A stretch of DNA of 51,188 nt, taken from positions 104,117,614 through 104,168,801 of the forward strand of contig NC_068983.1 in NCBI RefSeq assembly GCF_001194135.2. Direction: 5' to 3'. Below the pieces are notes generated by a model. That model had not been told where the DNA came from. It worked only from the letters and a program-made list of their open reading frames with translations, and did not search any database. The stretch comes from Octopus bimaculoides (taxonomy: Eukaryota). Shown here in pieces: positions 24,197-34,730 of this stretch. The translations under genes were made by a program, and so were the position numbers. Numbering within the stretch: position 1 is the stretch's first letter; every line of letters begins with the position of its first letter.

Positions 24197-25330
24197 TACA
24201 AGGGTGAGCCAAAAGTTTTTTGGACTTGCGCTGATGCAACTCGTATTTCCATTGTTAATTTGATATAATTTGTCCAGTCGTTGTTGAATTGCTTGTTCTT
24301 TATTTTCACATATAACAAATAAACATTAATTGTTTATTCTTTATTTTGCAACTTCGATAATGAATTGTGAAAAAAATTGCAATTAGAGTCATTTTACACC
24401 ACCTGTGGAAAAAAAGATTGAGTGCAAGAGTAATGGCAAAAGAAATGAATGACGTTGAAGGCCTAGGATCTGTCAATGAAAGTGTGGCACAAAACTAGTT
24501 CAGATGTTTCAAGGAAAGTGACACCAACTTCAAAGATAAACCAAAGTCAGGGAGATCTTGTCATGGAAGATGAGGCCTTTCATCAAAATGGTTGAACAAC
24601 AGCCAAGCACAAGAATCCATACATTGCCAGCAGAACTTAGTCCCTCACAAAGCACTGTCAATGAACATCTCAAAAAGCTTGAGCATGCGAACAAATACCA
24701 TCAAGAAGCTCCTCATGAACTGACCAATGACCAGGCTCAATGACATGTGAACATTTGCAAACAACTGCTAGCAAATCCTCAATAAGCCCATTTTTGGTGT
24801 GAAATTGTAACTAAGGATGAAAATGGATTTATTTTCCTAATCTTAATAAAAGAAACCACTGGCTTCATTCCAGCCAGGCTTCAGCATCTGTTGTCAAACA
24901 AGGGTGGTTTGAACAAAAGATGTGTTTGATGGAATTTTGAGTTGTTGCACTTTGAGCTTGTCTCAGATGGTCATGCTGTAAATGCTAACCTTTATGCTTA
25001 ACAACTACAGTGAGTATATAATGCATTGAAAGCCTGCAACTTGGCATTGAGCAATCAAAGACATGCACTCCTATAGTATGACACATACTATCAATGTGAT
25101 CAAGCGCGAAATAGATGAACTTGTGAGGTTGGAAGTGCTGCCTCACTCTGCCTACAGTCTAGACCTTGCACCATCAGATTATCATCTTTCCAAAGCCATT
25201 GCTAATTTCCTGCATAGATGGGGGTTCAACAATGCGGTTGAGATTAAAACAAGTGCAGGGAGTTTTTGCCTCTAAACCAGCAAATTGGTATAAGCATGGA
25301 ATTGAGTACAATGATATTAACAGACAACAG
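24197..25330 (+). mobile_element. Mariner element with pseudogenised transposase
   Basis: TA-CAAGGGTGAGCCAAAAGTT terminal repeat; ATG at 24360; APHELT, IVTKDE and LPHSAYSLDLAPSDYHL motifs with many stops and frameshifts; right terminal repeat not found. Confidence 0.88.
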
Positions 25331-25408
25331 CTAATGGTGGGATATATGTTCATGAATAAACAGTAATCATATGTAATCTGTTTGAACCGTTAATTAAAGC
25401 TTGAAATA

Positions 25409-25445
<37 letters not shown>

Positions 25446-25447
<2 letters not shown>

Positions 25448-25850
25448 GATATGAGGAGTTTTTCCTCAGGATAACTCAGACTAATAGGTATGTGTCCTGA
25501 GTGCTCAAGTAGGTGCATCACTAAAATTCCAGTTTGAACAGCAGTTGAAGTTGTGGTTATGTGATTGCCTTGTTCAAAATGGCCCAAGGTGGCTTCCCTT
25601 TGAGTCAGTAGCAGGTTAAAGTAGTGGGAAAAGGTAAACAATTAGGGAAGACATGACAAGACATTTAATTTAATATAATTCAATCTAATTTAGCTACATA
25701 ACGAATGGTAAAAAATAGTAAAAAATAGTCTCTGACAGTAGTTTCTAGGACATCCCAGCTATTGGGGCATTGTAAGATATGAGGAGTTTTCATCAGAGTG
25801 AATCAAAGTAATAGGTATGTACTCTGAGTGCTCAAATAGGTATGCTACAT
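25446..25850 (-). repeat. About 1.2 copies of a 328-bp tandem unit containing a hammerhead motif
   Basis: GATATGAGGAGTTTT...GAGTGCTCAA.TAGGT occurs at 25448 and 25776. Confidence 0.8.
25729..25800 (-). ncRNA. Type I hammerhead-like motif, partly decayed
   Basis: Minus strand CACT-CTGATGA-(44 nt with CCCA/TGGG hairpin)-GAAAC-TACT-GTC-AGAG; core intact, stem II base and one stem I pair mismatched. Confidence 0.55.
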
Positions 25851-25879
25851 ATCAAAAGGATCAAAGGTTCTTCCTGAGC

Positions 25880-26075
25880 CTTAGGATCATGAGGCCCAGT
25901 TTCCTCAGTTCTGTGGTGCATATGCATTCCCTTCCTGAGTGGGATGCCAATCCATTGCAGAATGACTCATTTTTGCCATCTGAGTGGACAGAAAAAATGG
26001 GAAACGAAGATCTTTGCTCAATAACACAATGCATCACTCATTCCAGGAATCAAAGCTTCAATTTAAAGATCATGA
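25880..26075 (-). mobile_element. Decayed SINE, family E (second copy at about 35830-36045)
   Basis: Shared motifs ATTTTTGCCA.CTGAGTGGAC and a tRNA-like head. Confidence 0.5.
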
Positions 26076-26279
26076 GTGCACACACACACACACACACTTT
26101 TGGTATTATTGTATTTAATCTTTTTGCTTTGACAATGAAAGTCAAGCATACAAAGTTCAGTATTTAAGCTCTTAGCAATTGGGTGTGTCGACTTTTTTTT
26201 TCACAAAAGAACGTAGGTAGGTAGCAAGTTTAGGCTTGTCATTTCTTCACATGTGATTATTCAGGGCATTTCTTGTTTC

Positions 26280-27075
26280 CATTTGTAAAGTTGAGGTTAT
26301 TAGTGAGGCATATCATGGATCTGTTAGTACAGAAAGTTGCTTTCCTCCTGCTTTCATGTTCAAAAAAATATTTAAGTAAAGGTTGTATGTCTATATGTTT
26401 CTCTCTAGATGTTCATTACTCTATAAGCAATTGGATTAATATATAGGAATTTTAACCTCTCTATTTTGTGGAGGTAGAGATTATTTGGTGTTTGTTTATA
26501 AAATTTCTTCAAATTCTGTTCTAGATATATGCTAAAGTGGGCTGATATAGACGGTGTGTATATATTCATGTATAAAACTGTGAGCAAAAATATAATTAAA
26601 AAATAAAGAAGGTAAAGGAGAAGGTTCTTTCAGTTTGCTTGCATGCATTTCATGTGTGTATATATAGGTTTGTGTAGTTATATAAGAAAATCTTTTGTGG
26701 GAATATTAGTTGGAGATTGGAAGACTTTTAGATAATTTCTAGAGTACTTGTTTAGTTTAAAAGTGTAAAGCTGTAGGAGTGTTTCTTATATTTTATATTA
26801 TGGAGATGGTTTATGGTGTAGGTGGATGGAGGGGAGTCGGTGAAATATTGACAAGTTTAATTGTTAGAAAGGATTATTAGTTTAAAGTGTTTTAGTGTTT
26901 TTAAGATTTTGTGCTTGCATGAAGAGACTAGTTTGCAGTTTTGGTTCAGGATGTGGTCCATGAATCTCAGAATGTGGTAGAATTCATTTGTACAAAATTG
27001 GCATTGTGCATGTGAGAGTATATTCCATTTGATGCTAAATGGAGTGTTTTCTGATTTTGATTTTAATTTCCAGTT
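26280..27075 (-). mobile_element. Penelope-like remnant: GIY-YIG C-terminus, terminal repeat, then next ORF start
   Basis: WKLKSKSENTPFSIKWNILSHAQ.CQFCTNEFYHIL...LNQNCKLVSSCKHK matches the PLE endonuclease C-terminal C..C...LN....C.H pattern. Confidence 0.6.
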
Positions 27076-27335
27076 CTAACAAGCACACAGTATTTCTTAA
27101 ATGTACTGTTAACTAACATCCATTTTCATACCTAGTGTGAAACTAATTGGTAAGATTGGCCATATCATCATCATCATTTAATGCCTAAGTTCCATGCTGG
27201 CATGAATTGAACAGTTTGACAAAGATCCAGAGAGTCAAGGACTGCATCATATTTTTTAACAAGAATAGTATTGACAGTCACATCAAAATTTAAGTCATCT
27301 TATGTTAAATCATTCGATTTAACATAAAACCAAAC

Positions 27336-27366
<31 letters not shown>

Positions 27367-27394
27367 TCTATATATATATATATATACATATATT

Positions 27395-27685
27395 CTTTTA
27401 CTCTTTTACTTATTTCAGTCATTTGACTGTGGTCATGCTGGAGCACTGCCTTTAGTCAAGCAAATCAACCCCAGGACTTATTCTTTGTAAGCCTAGTACT
27501 TATTCTATCGGTCTTTTTTGCTGAACCGCTAAGTTACGAGGATGTAAACACACCAGCATCGGTTGTCAAGCGATGTTAGGGGGACAAACACAGACACACA
27601 AACATATACACACACACACATACATATATACATATATATGACGGGCTTCTTTCAGTTTCCCTCCACCAAATCTACTCACAAGGCT
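27395..27685 (-). mobile_element. SINE family A, 3' portion
   Basis: Near-identical to 8843-9140; joined to an RTE tail through GGCTT microhomology. Confidence 0.85.
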
Positions 27686-28275
27686 TGCGAAGACCTGTTG
27701 AGGCAAGTGAAATCGAAATCGAACTAAATTTGTAGACTGGCACCCGTGCCAACGTCTCTTTCATTGAACACTAAACTCGGCTTGCGAAGACCTGTTGGGG
27801 CAAGCAAAAGTGAAATCGTGATGGCACCTATACCAGTGGAGCACTAAGAGAGTGATCGTTGCCAGAGCAGCTGTCTGGCTTCCATGCCGGTGGCACGTAA
27901 ATAGCACCATTTGAGCGTGATCATTACAAATGTCACCTTCCTGGCACTTGTGCCAGTGGCACATGAATAGACATTCAAGCGAGATCATTGCCAGTGCCGC
28001 TGGACTGGCTCCTGTGCAGGTGGCACGTAAAATACACCATTTCGAGCATGGCCATTGCTAGTACCACCTCACTGGCCTTCGTGCCGGTGGCACGTAAAAG
28101 CACCCACTACACTCTCGAAGTGGTTGGCATTAGGAAGGACATCCAGCTGTAGAAACTCTGCCAAATCAGATTGGAGCCTGGTGTAGCCACCTGGTCCACC
28201 AGTCCTCAGTCAAATCGTCCAGCCCATGCTAGCATGGAAAGCGGACGTTAAACGAGGATGCTGCTGATGATGATG
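27679..28275 (+). mobile_element. RTE 3'UTR-derived element with (GAT)n tail
   Basis: Repeated GTGCC(G/A)GTGGCAC units, terminal CCCATGCTAGCATGGAAAGCGGACGTTAAACGA-GATG; homologous to 19437-19905. Confidence 0.85.
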
Positions 28276-28433
28276 TGTGTATATATATATATATATCATC
28301 ATGCAAGCATACATATATATATACACATGTGTGTATATATATTCACACACACACATTTATATTCATGTGTGTGTATATATATATATATAAATACACACAC
28401 TCACACAAACACACATACATTCATACATACATA

Positions 28434-28473
<40 letters not shown>

Positions 28474-28903
28474 CACACATACATATTGTCTGTTTCTAAG
28501 CTTGTGTGATCCAGTTTCAGTTTCCAGTCATAGACATACTTGTTCATGTATTTCATACATGCCGTTTGCTAAGTTTCTTGAGAAAGACATGAATGTCACT
28601 CAATCTCATATCTCTGCCTCGTAAATATAAGACATAGAATCCATTTTAGAAATCAATCTCCTGCTTTTCTCCCAGAGTATTTTTGGGACCACATAGGAGA
28701 AAGCAAAGAGGGAAGAGGAAGGATGAGAAGGAAGAGACAAAGAGGTCATGGTGGTGGAGTGGGTTTGTGAGAGGTGGGGTTTTGTAGTTGTGGTAGTGTT
28801 TATAGTGGTGTTAATGCTGATGATGGGGCTGTGAAGTTGGTGGTGGAAGTAATTCTGTCGGTGGTGATGTTGGCAGTGGCTGTTGGGGGCAGACATGCAG
28901 GAA

Positions 28904-28926
28904 GTAGTAGTAGTAGTAGTAGTAGT

Positions 28927-28981
<55 letters not shown>

Positions 28982-29047
28982 AGGGTTGGTGGCAGTGGCA
29001 GTGGCGGTGGTGGTGGTGGTGGTGGTGATGGATAAAGGATGTACAGA

Positions 29048-29082
<35 letters not shown>

Positions 29083-29110
29083 ACAGTAACAGTAGCAGTT
29101 GTTGTCATGG
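28904..29110. repeat. Compound trinucleotide repeat (AGT)n(AGC)n(GGT)n
   Basis: Direct reading. Confidence 0.95.
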
Positions 29111-29754
29111 TAGTAGAAAAAAGAAATAAAAGAAGATGCAAGCGAACATTTCTTTGAACATTTTCAGATCTGATACAAAAATCTTGACATGGTATGTCGC
29201 CACCGTAAATTTACTCCAGTGGAAAAAAAAAAAAAAACAGATAGTAAGAAAAAAAAAAATGAGTGTTGAAATTATATTTGCTGACTTTGCAATTTGGAGT
29301 CTTGTGTTCAGAAATGAACAGATGAATAGATTAGAAACTAATTTTAATTGAAGTGTCATTGACATAATTAATATCATTAACATCATTTATGATTGGGCGT
29401 CATTAACCCTTATCAGACAAAATGTAGCAATGTATTTTGAGTCAAGAATTATGATCTGACCAAGCTCTGCAAGAATACATGTTCTTCTTTTTTTTTTTTC
29501 TTTTACTGGATTTAATCATTGGATCCCAGCCATACTGGATGGAGTTTTAGTTGATCATATTGTCCCCAGTATTTATTTCTGTCACATATAGGCACAGGTG
29601 TGGCTAGAGATGTGATTAAGAAGCTTGCTTCCCAACCATGTGGTCTTGGGTTCAGTCCCACTGTGTGCAAACTTAGGCAAAATGTCTTCTACTTTTTGCC
29701 TTAGGCCAACAAAAGCCTTGAAACTAGAGTTGGATAGACAAATGAAAGAAAGTG

Positions 29755-30112
29755 GTAAATGCCATTAGATGGTTTGAGGATGGCTCAATAGACTACAGCC
29801 TTTGAGAAGCAGGACCCTACTAGTGGGCATTGGTAGAATTTCAGCAGGTACTGGCTGGGATGTGGATTGGAAGCTGTGTAGGTGTGTGTTTGTGTCTACT
29901 GTAGTGTTCGATGTTAGAAGTGATGTCATCTGAGCAGGAGTAGCTGACCTTAACACAGTGGGATTATAATACTGATGGGTTCTTGGGAAATGTTTTCAAT
30001 TAGCATCAGAAAGTTCTAAGCCTGTGTTAGTTGAAACTTCTAGCTTAAACAGTGAATTGAACCAGATTCTCTTTCTGACTCTCTTTGATTCAGAGATGGT
30101 GTAGTCTCCATA
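29755..30112 (-). mobile_element. Penelope-like remnant, RT-thumb/linker to start of GIY-YIG
   Basis: Frameshifted RVRKRIWFNSLFKLEVSTNTG...KHFP...VKVSYSC...TC.NST.CPLVGSCFSKAVVY, the typical PLE WFNPP, VKVSYSC and CNC..CPL motifs. Confidence 0.75.
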
Positions 30113-30728
30113 TATCATCATCATCATCATTTAACGTCCGTTTTTCATGATGGCATGGGTTGGACAGTTTGACTGGGGACTGGAAAGCCAGGAGTCCGCA
30201 CCAGGCTCCGATCTGATCTGGTAATGTTTCTACAGTTGGATGCTCTTCCTAATGCCAACCACTCCAAGAGTGTAGTGAGTGCTTTTTATGTGCCACTGGC
30301 ATAGAAACCAGTTGGGGCGGGGTGGATGGCATCAACCACGTTTGGATGGTGCTTTTTATGTGCCACCAGCATGGGGAGCCAGTCAGATGACGCTGGCAAT
30401 GACCCACACGTGAATGGTGCTTATTGCATGCCACCAGCATGGGAGCCAGTCAGGTGGCACTGGCATCAGCCACAACTACAATTTCCATTTGATTGTGATT
30501 TGATTTGATTTGATTTTGATTTTGATTTTACTTGACTCAATAGGTCTCCTCAAGCATGGCATGTTGCCTAATGATTCAAAGGTACTTTTTAATTGGGCTG
30601 GTTATGCGACACTGGTATAGGCTACAGTTGTGATCTCTCTTTACTTGCCAGGTCTTCTCCATCACAGCATATCTCCAGAGGTCTCAGTCTTTTGTCATTG
30701 CCTCTGAGGCCCAACATTCAAATGTCAT
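30113..30728 (-). mobile_element. RTE LINE 3' end, 5'-truncated
   Basis: EAMTKD.DLWRYAV coding end plus 3'UTR plus (GAT)n; homologous to 19340-19905. Confidence 0.85.
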
Positions 30729-30954
30729 ATATATATATATATATATATATATCTTCTCTTCTTCACATTTCCACTTCATGCATTATGCTTACCTCCCAAT
30801 CTGTCCTCTTGGCCCTGTCTTACAGTATCATTGCTATCTGGTACCTCCACTCTCAACTCTATGTACCCAGGTTTTCACCACTCACTTCCCCTTCTCACTC
30901 TAAAACAGTCTTGTAGTTATGATGGTGGAAGATATCAACTCCTTGCTTGTTTTT

Positions 30955-31970
30955 CTAAAATGCACCAGATAAGATGTTCAACTTCACCAGAATATTCCTT
31001 GTGCCATTCAGTAACAACTTTAGCTGTGTGAACTGGTGCATTATCACCCTGAAAGATTGTATCTCCCTCCAGAAACAGTCCCACAACCATAAGATGAATT
31101 TGATCAGATAAAATGCTTAGTCTTGACTATTAATTCTTCCACAAAGGGAAACCATTGGGCTGGCAGATTTCCAAGATACAGCCTCCCAGATCATCACAGA
31201 TCCTCCTCCGTGTTTAACAGTTGGAAGAAAGCAGTCTGGGTCAAATGCTTCTTTTGGTTGTCTCCATGCATATACTCGGCTGGTGGTTGGAAGTTAGGTA
31301 AAGGATGACTCATCTGAGAAAATAACATTCTTTCACTGCTCTAAGGACCAATTCTGTAGGTTTTTACTCCACTCTAAACGCTTTGCAATGTTTGTTTTTG
31401 AAAGTAGTGGTTTTCTGATTGCAGCCCTCCCATGAAATCTGCCTTTGTGCAGCTCCCAGTAAACAGTTTTGTGTAAACGGGGTTCACAAGGTAGTCGTGA
31501 AGCTCTGCAGTCATTTTGGGAGCTGTACTTTTGTGATCCTTTCCAGCAATTCGCGTAAGAGTCCAACAGTCCCTATCTGAAAGTTTTGGTTTTCTTCCAG
31601 AGTTTTGTTTCAACGAGGAGGTTTTTTCCCCTCTTTCTCAAAGGCTATCATTACTTTTGAGATAGTAATTCTTGATACACCAAACATTTTGGCTGTTTTT
31701 GTTACACTAGCGCCTGCCATACGAGCACCAACAATTTGACCTCTTTGAAAGTCCAATAAATCTGTCATTTTAATGAATTTTAATTACCATTTTTTGATGA
31801 TATCTGGAAAAAAAAAACAATAATTTTAGCAAAACATATTAAGCAACACTAATAATGAATAAAAAAAAAAAAAGAAATAAACAAGCTTTTGATGGTTTTA
31901 TAGATATTTCAAACTTATGATGCTATGATGCTATGATGCTAGGTGTTTCCATTATTTTGTCCAACCGCTG
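30955..31970 (-). mobile_element. Tc1-like element, transposase pseudogene truncated at the 3' end
   Basis: TA-CAGCGGTTGGACAAAATAATGGAAACACC terminal repeat; ATG at 31768 MTDLLDFQRGQIVGARMAG; GRKPKLS, VIFSDESSF, TVKHGGGSVMIW and FQGDNAPVH motifs. Confidence 0.92.
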
Positions 31971-33602
31971 TATATACATACTTATGTATATTAAATCAGA
32001 TAACCCTTAAATCATTTCACAGAATTGCAATTCATGGCAAAATACTCAATAACAGTTTTTAAAATGTCATATATGAACTTATATATATATTTGATATAGA
32101 CATGTATAAATATTTATATTTTCATATCTATGTGCATATGTGTGTCTGTGTATTCATTCATTCATTCATTTAATGACTGTTTACCCTACTAGCATGGCTA
32201 AGACATGAGCTTAATTGAAGTAGCAGTTTATGGTTGCATGCTCTACCTGTTTTCAAAGTTAGGCATTTTTTATTCCACTGATCTTCAAAACTGCAGAATT
32301 TTGAAGAGCATATATATATGTGTGTGTGTGGTTCAAATATGCAAAAAACAAGAGACAGATGAGGGAACAACTAGCAGGGTGTATTTGTTTGGTGCTTGGG
32401 TAAAATGGAAAAGTCTTTGATGTTTCAAGCTTATGATCTTCAACAGAAAGGAATGAGGACAGAAAATGGAGATAGAGAAAAAAACTGAGAGAGGAAAATA
32501 ACATATCACCATATATATACAAATATGGTTTAAATTTTTTTGTTAGAGGTTTTTCTTTTGTTATTCTTTATTAGCACAATTGCTTTTACTGCCACTACCT
32601 CCCAAATGTGAAGTAGAATATAATGAAATCTTCTTTCCAAACTGTGCCTCAAAAAGACAAATAAAAAAAAAATGAAACTTCACTGTTTGTAAGAGTAGAT
32701 AAATTTAAATGAACATTTAGGAAAGCCAAAGCCAAAGTGTTGAAATATCATATAGTTTCTTCTGTTTTAATGTCTAATTCTCTGAGAGTAACCTTAACTT
32801 TTCTTGAACCTGCTGCCAATAAAAAAAACACCAATAGAATTCCGTTAATNNNNNNNNNNNNNNNNNNNNNNNNNNNNNNNNNNNNNNNNNNNNNNNNNNN
32901 NNNNNNNNNNNNNNNNNNNNNNNNNNNNNNNNNNNNNNNNNNNNNNNNNNNNNNNNNNNNNNNNNNNNNNNNNNNNNNNNNNNNNNNNNNNNNNNNNNNN
33001 NNNNNNNNNNNNNNNNNNNNNNNNNNNNNNNNNNNNNNNNNNNNNNNNNNNNNNNNTATATATATGTATATATGTGTGTATATATTTTTTATATATATGT
33101 ATATATTTCACTTTCCATCTACCAAATCAACTCACAAGACATTTTCCCAAGATGCTACACAGTGGAACTGAACCCAACACCATGTGATTAGGAAGCAAGC
33201 TTCTTTCTACGCAGCAACACTTGTATACAGTTTTAGATTTTTAAATTTCCTCTGAATTAACTGCATTCCACTTGTCTACAAGAAGCAATTGCTCTATGGG
33301 AATTGTAATTAGAAGAATTTTTAATTTTTTTCAAAATGAAAATTGTAACCACCATGTTTTATGCTTAAATAAATGTGTGGTTAATTAATAAGTCCATTTC
33401 ACAGCCCTGTTATTTTGGGTTTGATTCCACTATGCAGCACCATGGGCAAGTTTCTTCTACAATATCTTCATTTTGACCAATGCCTCGTGAATGGAATATG
33501 ACAGATGAAAACTGCGCTGATGGATGTCATTATATTTCTTTCTGAGCCTGTGTTCATGTTTACTGAAATAATGACCAGGGTTGATATGATCAATCAAAAC
33601 TC

Positions 33603-33819
33603 TTAACCTTCTAGCACTCAGATTACTCTGTCAAATGTAATGCTTATTTATTCACATTGTTTTAAATTAATCTTGTTGCTATGAGATTTTGGTGAAGTAA
33701 CTATTAATTTTTAGAATGATATTGTAGGGTTGTGTGAGGGGCCATATTTGGCCAGTTTGAACATAAAACAGGTAGAATATTTGGGGCTAATATGGCCTGT
33801 TTAAATACTAAAGGGTTAA
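33603..33819. mobile_element. piggyBac-type MITE, complete
   Basis: TTAA-CCTTCTAGCA...TACTAAAGGG-TTAA termini. Confidence 0.75.
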
Positions 33820-34239
33820 AGATAGTACTCCAGTATGGCTGCAGTCCAGTGACTGGACCCAGTAAAAGAATATGGTTTGTAGGATTAATGGTTTATTCCA
33901 ATAATTTGTGAAACTTCCTTTCCATAGACAGACCAACTCAGCATCCATTTACTTGTTAATGTAACATTAATTAATTTTTTAAAAAAAGGTCCATTTAATT
34001 AGTTCTTCTCAGTTAGCTATCTCAGTTCAACAAATGCTCAATCAAGAGATAAGTTAAAATTCATCAAATCCTTGATTAGTGATTTTTCAGCCCTTCTGAT
34101 TAAAAATTGTTTTTTAATAAAATCATCACAGGGTTATAAAGAGACCCAGGCAGTGAAAAACCAGCTTAAAATGCTACATTTAATCACATCCCTCAACATT
34201 CTTCTAATTTCAGATCCTACCAGGATAGACTTTCTTATA

Positions 34240-34360
34240 TTTATATCAATACACAATACACTATATTTATGTCACCATCAATACACCATATTTATATTAA
34301 CTAACAATACACTTTAATTATATCACCATCAGCACACTATATTTATATCACAATTAATAC

Positions 34361-34397
<37 letters not shown>

Positions 34398-34730
34398 CCT
34401 TCATCATGTTTTATTTATGTTATCATCAATAATATCATTGCTTTGTCACTATTTCACTATGAATGCACCAAATTTATGTCACCATCAATACACCATATTT
34501 AAATTACAGTCAATACACGTTAATTATATCACCATCATTACACCATACTAATGTCACCATCCTTACACATATTTATGTCACCATCAATACATCATGTTTA
34601 TGTAACTATATATTCATATCAACACTCAATATATTATGACTATATAGTTACTCAAAATATGTTGCTGATCAATACACTTTATGTAACCAATCAAAACACT
34701 TTTTTGTCACCAATCAATACGCTCTATTTA
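34240..34730. repeat. Degenerate ~25-bp minisatellite ATATTTATGTCACCATCAATACACC
   Basis: GTCACCATC/ATCACCATC...ATACAC motif recurs about ten times. Confidence 0.7.

Noticed and set aside
24360-25330. Domesticated or active mariner transposase (likewise the Tc1 at 30955-31768)
   Set aside because: Numerous stops and frameshifts; no intact ORF.
28606-29141. Poly-Ser, poly-His and poly-Leu ORFs
   Set aside because: Trinucleotide microsatellites with no splice or domain support.
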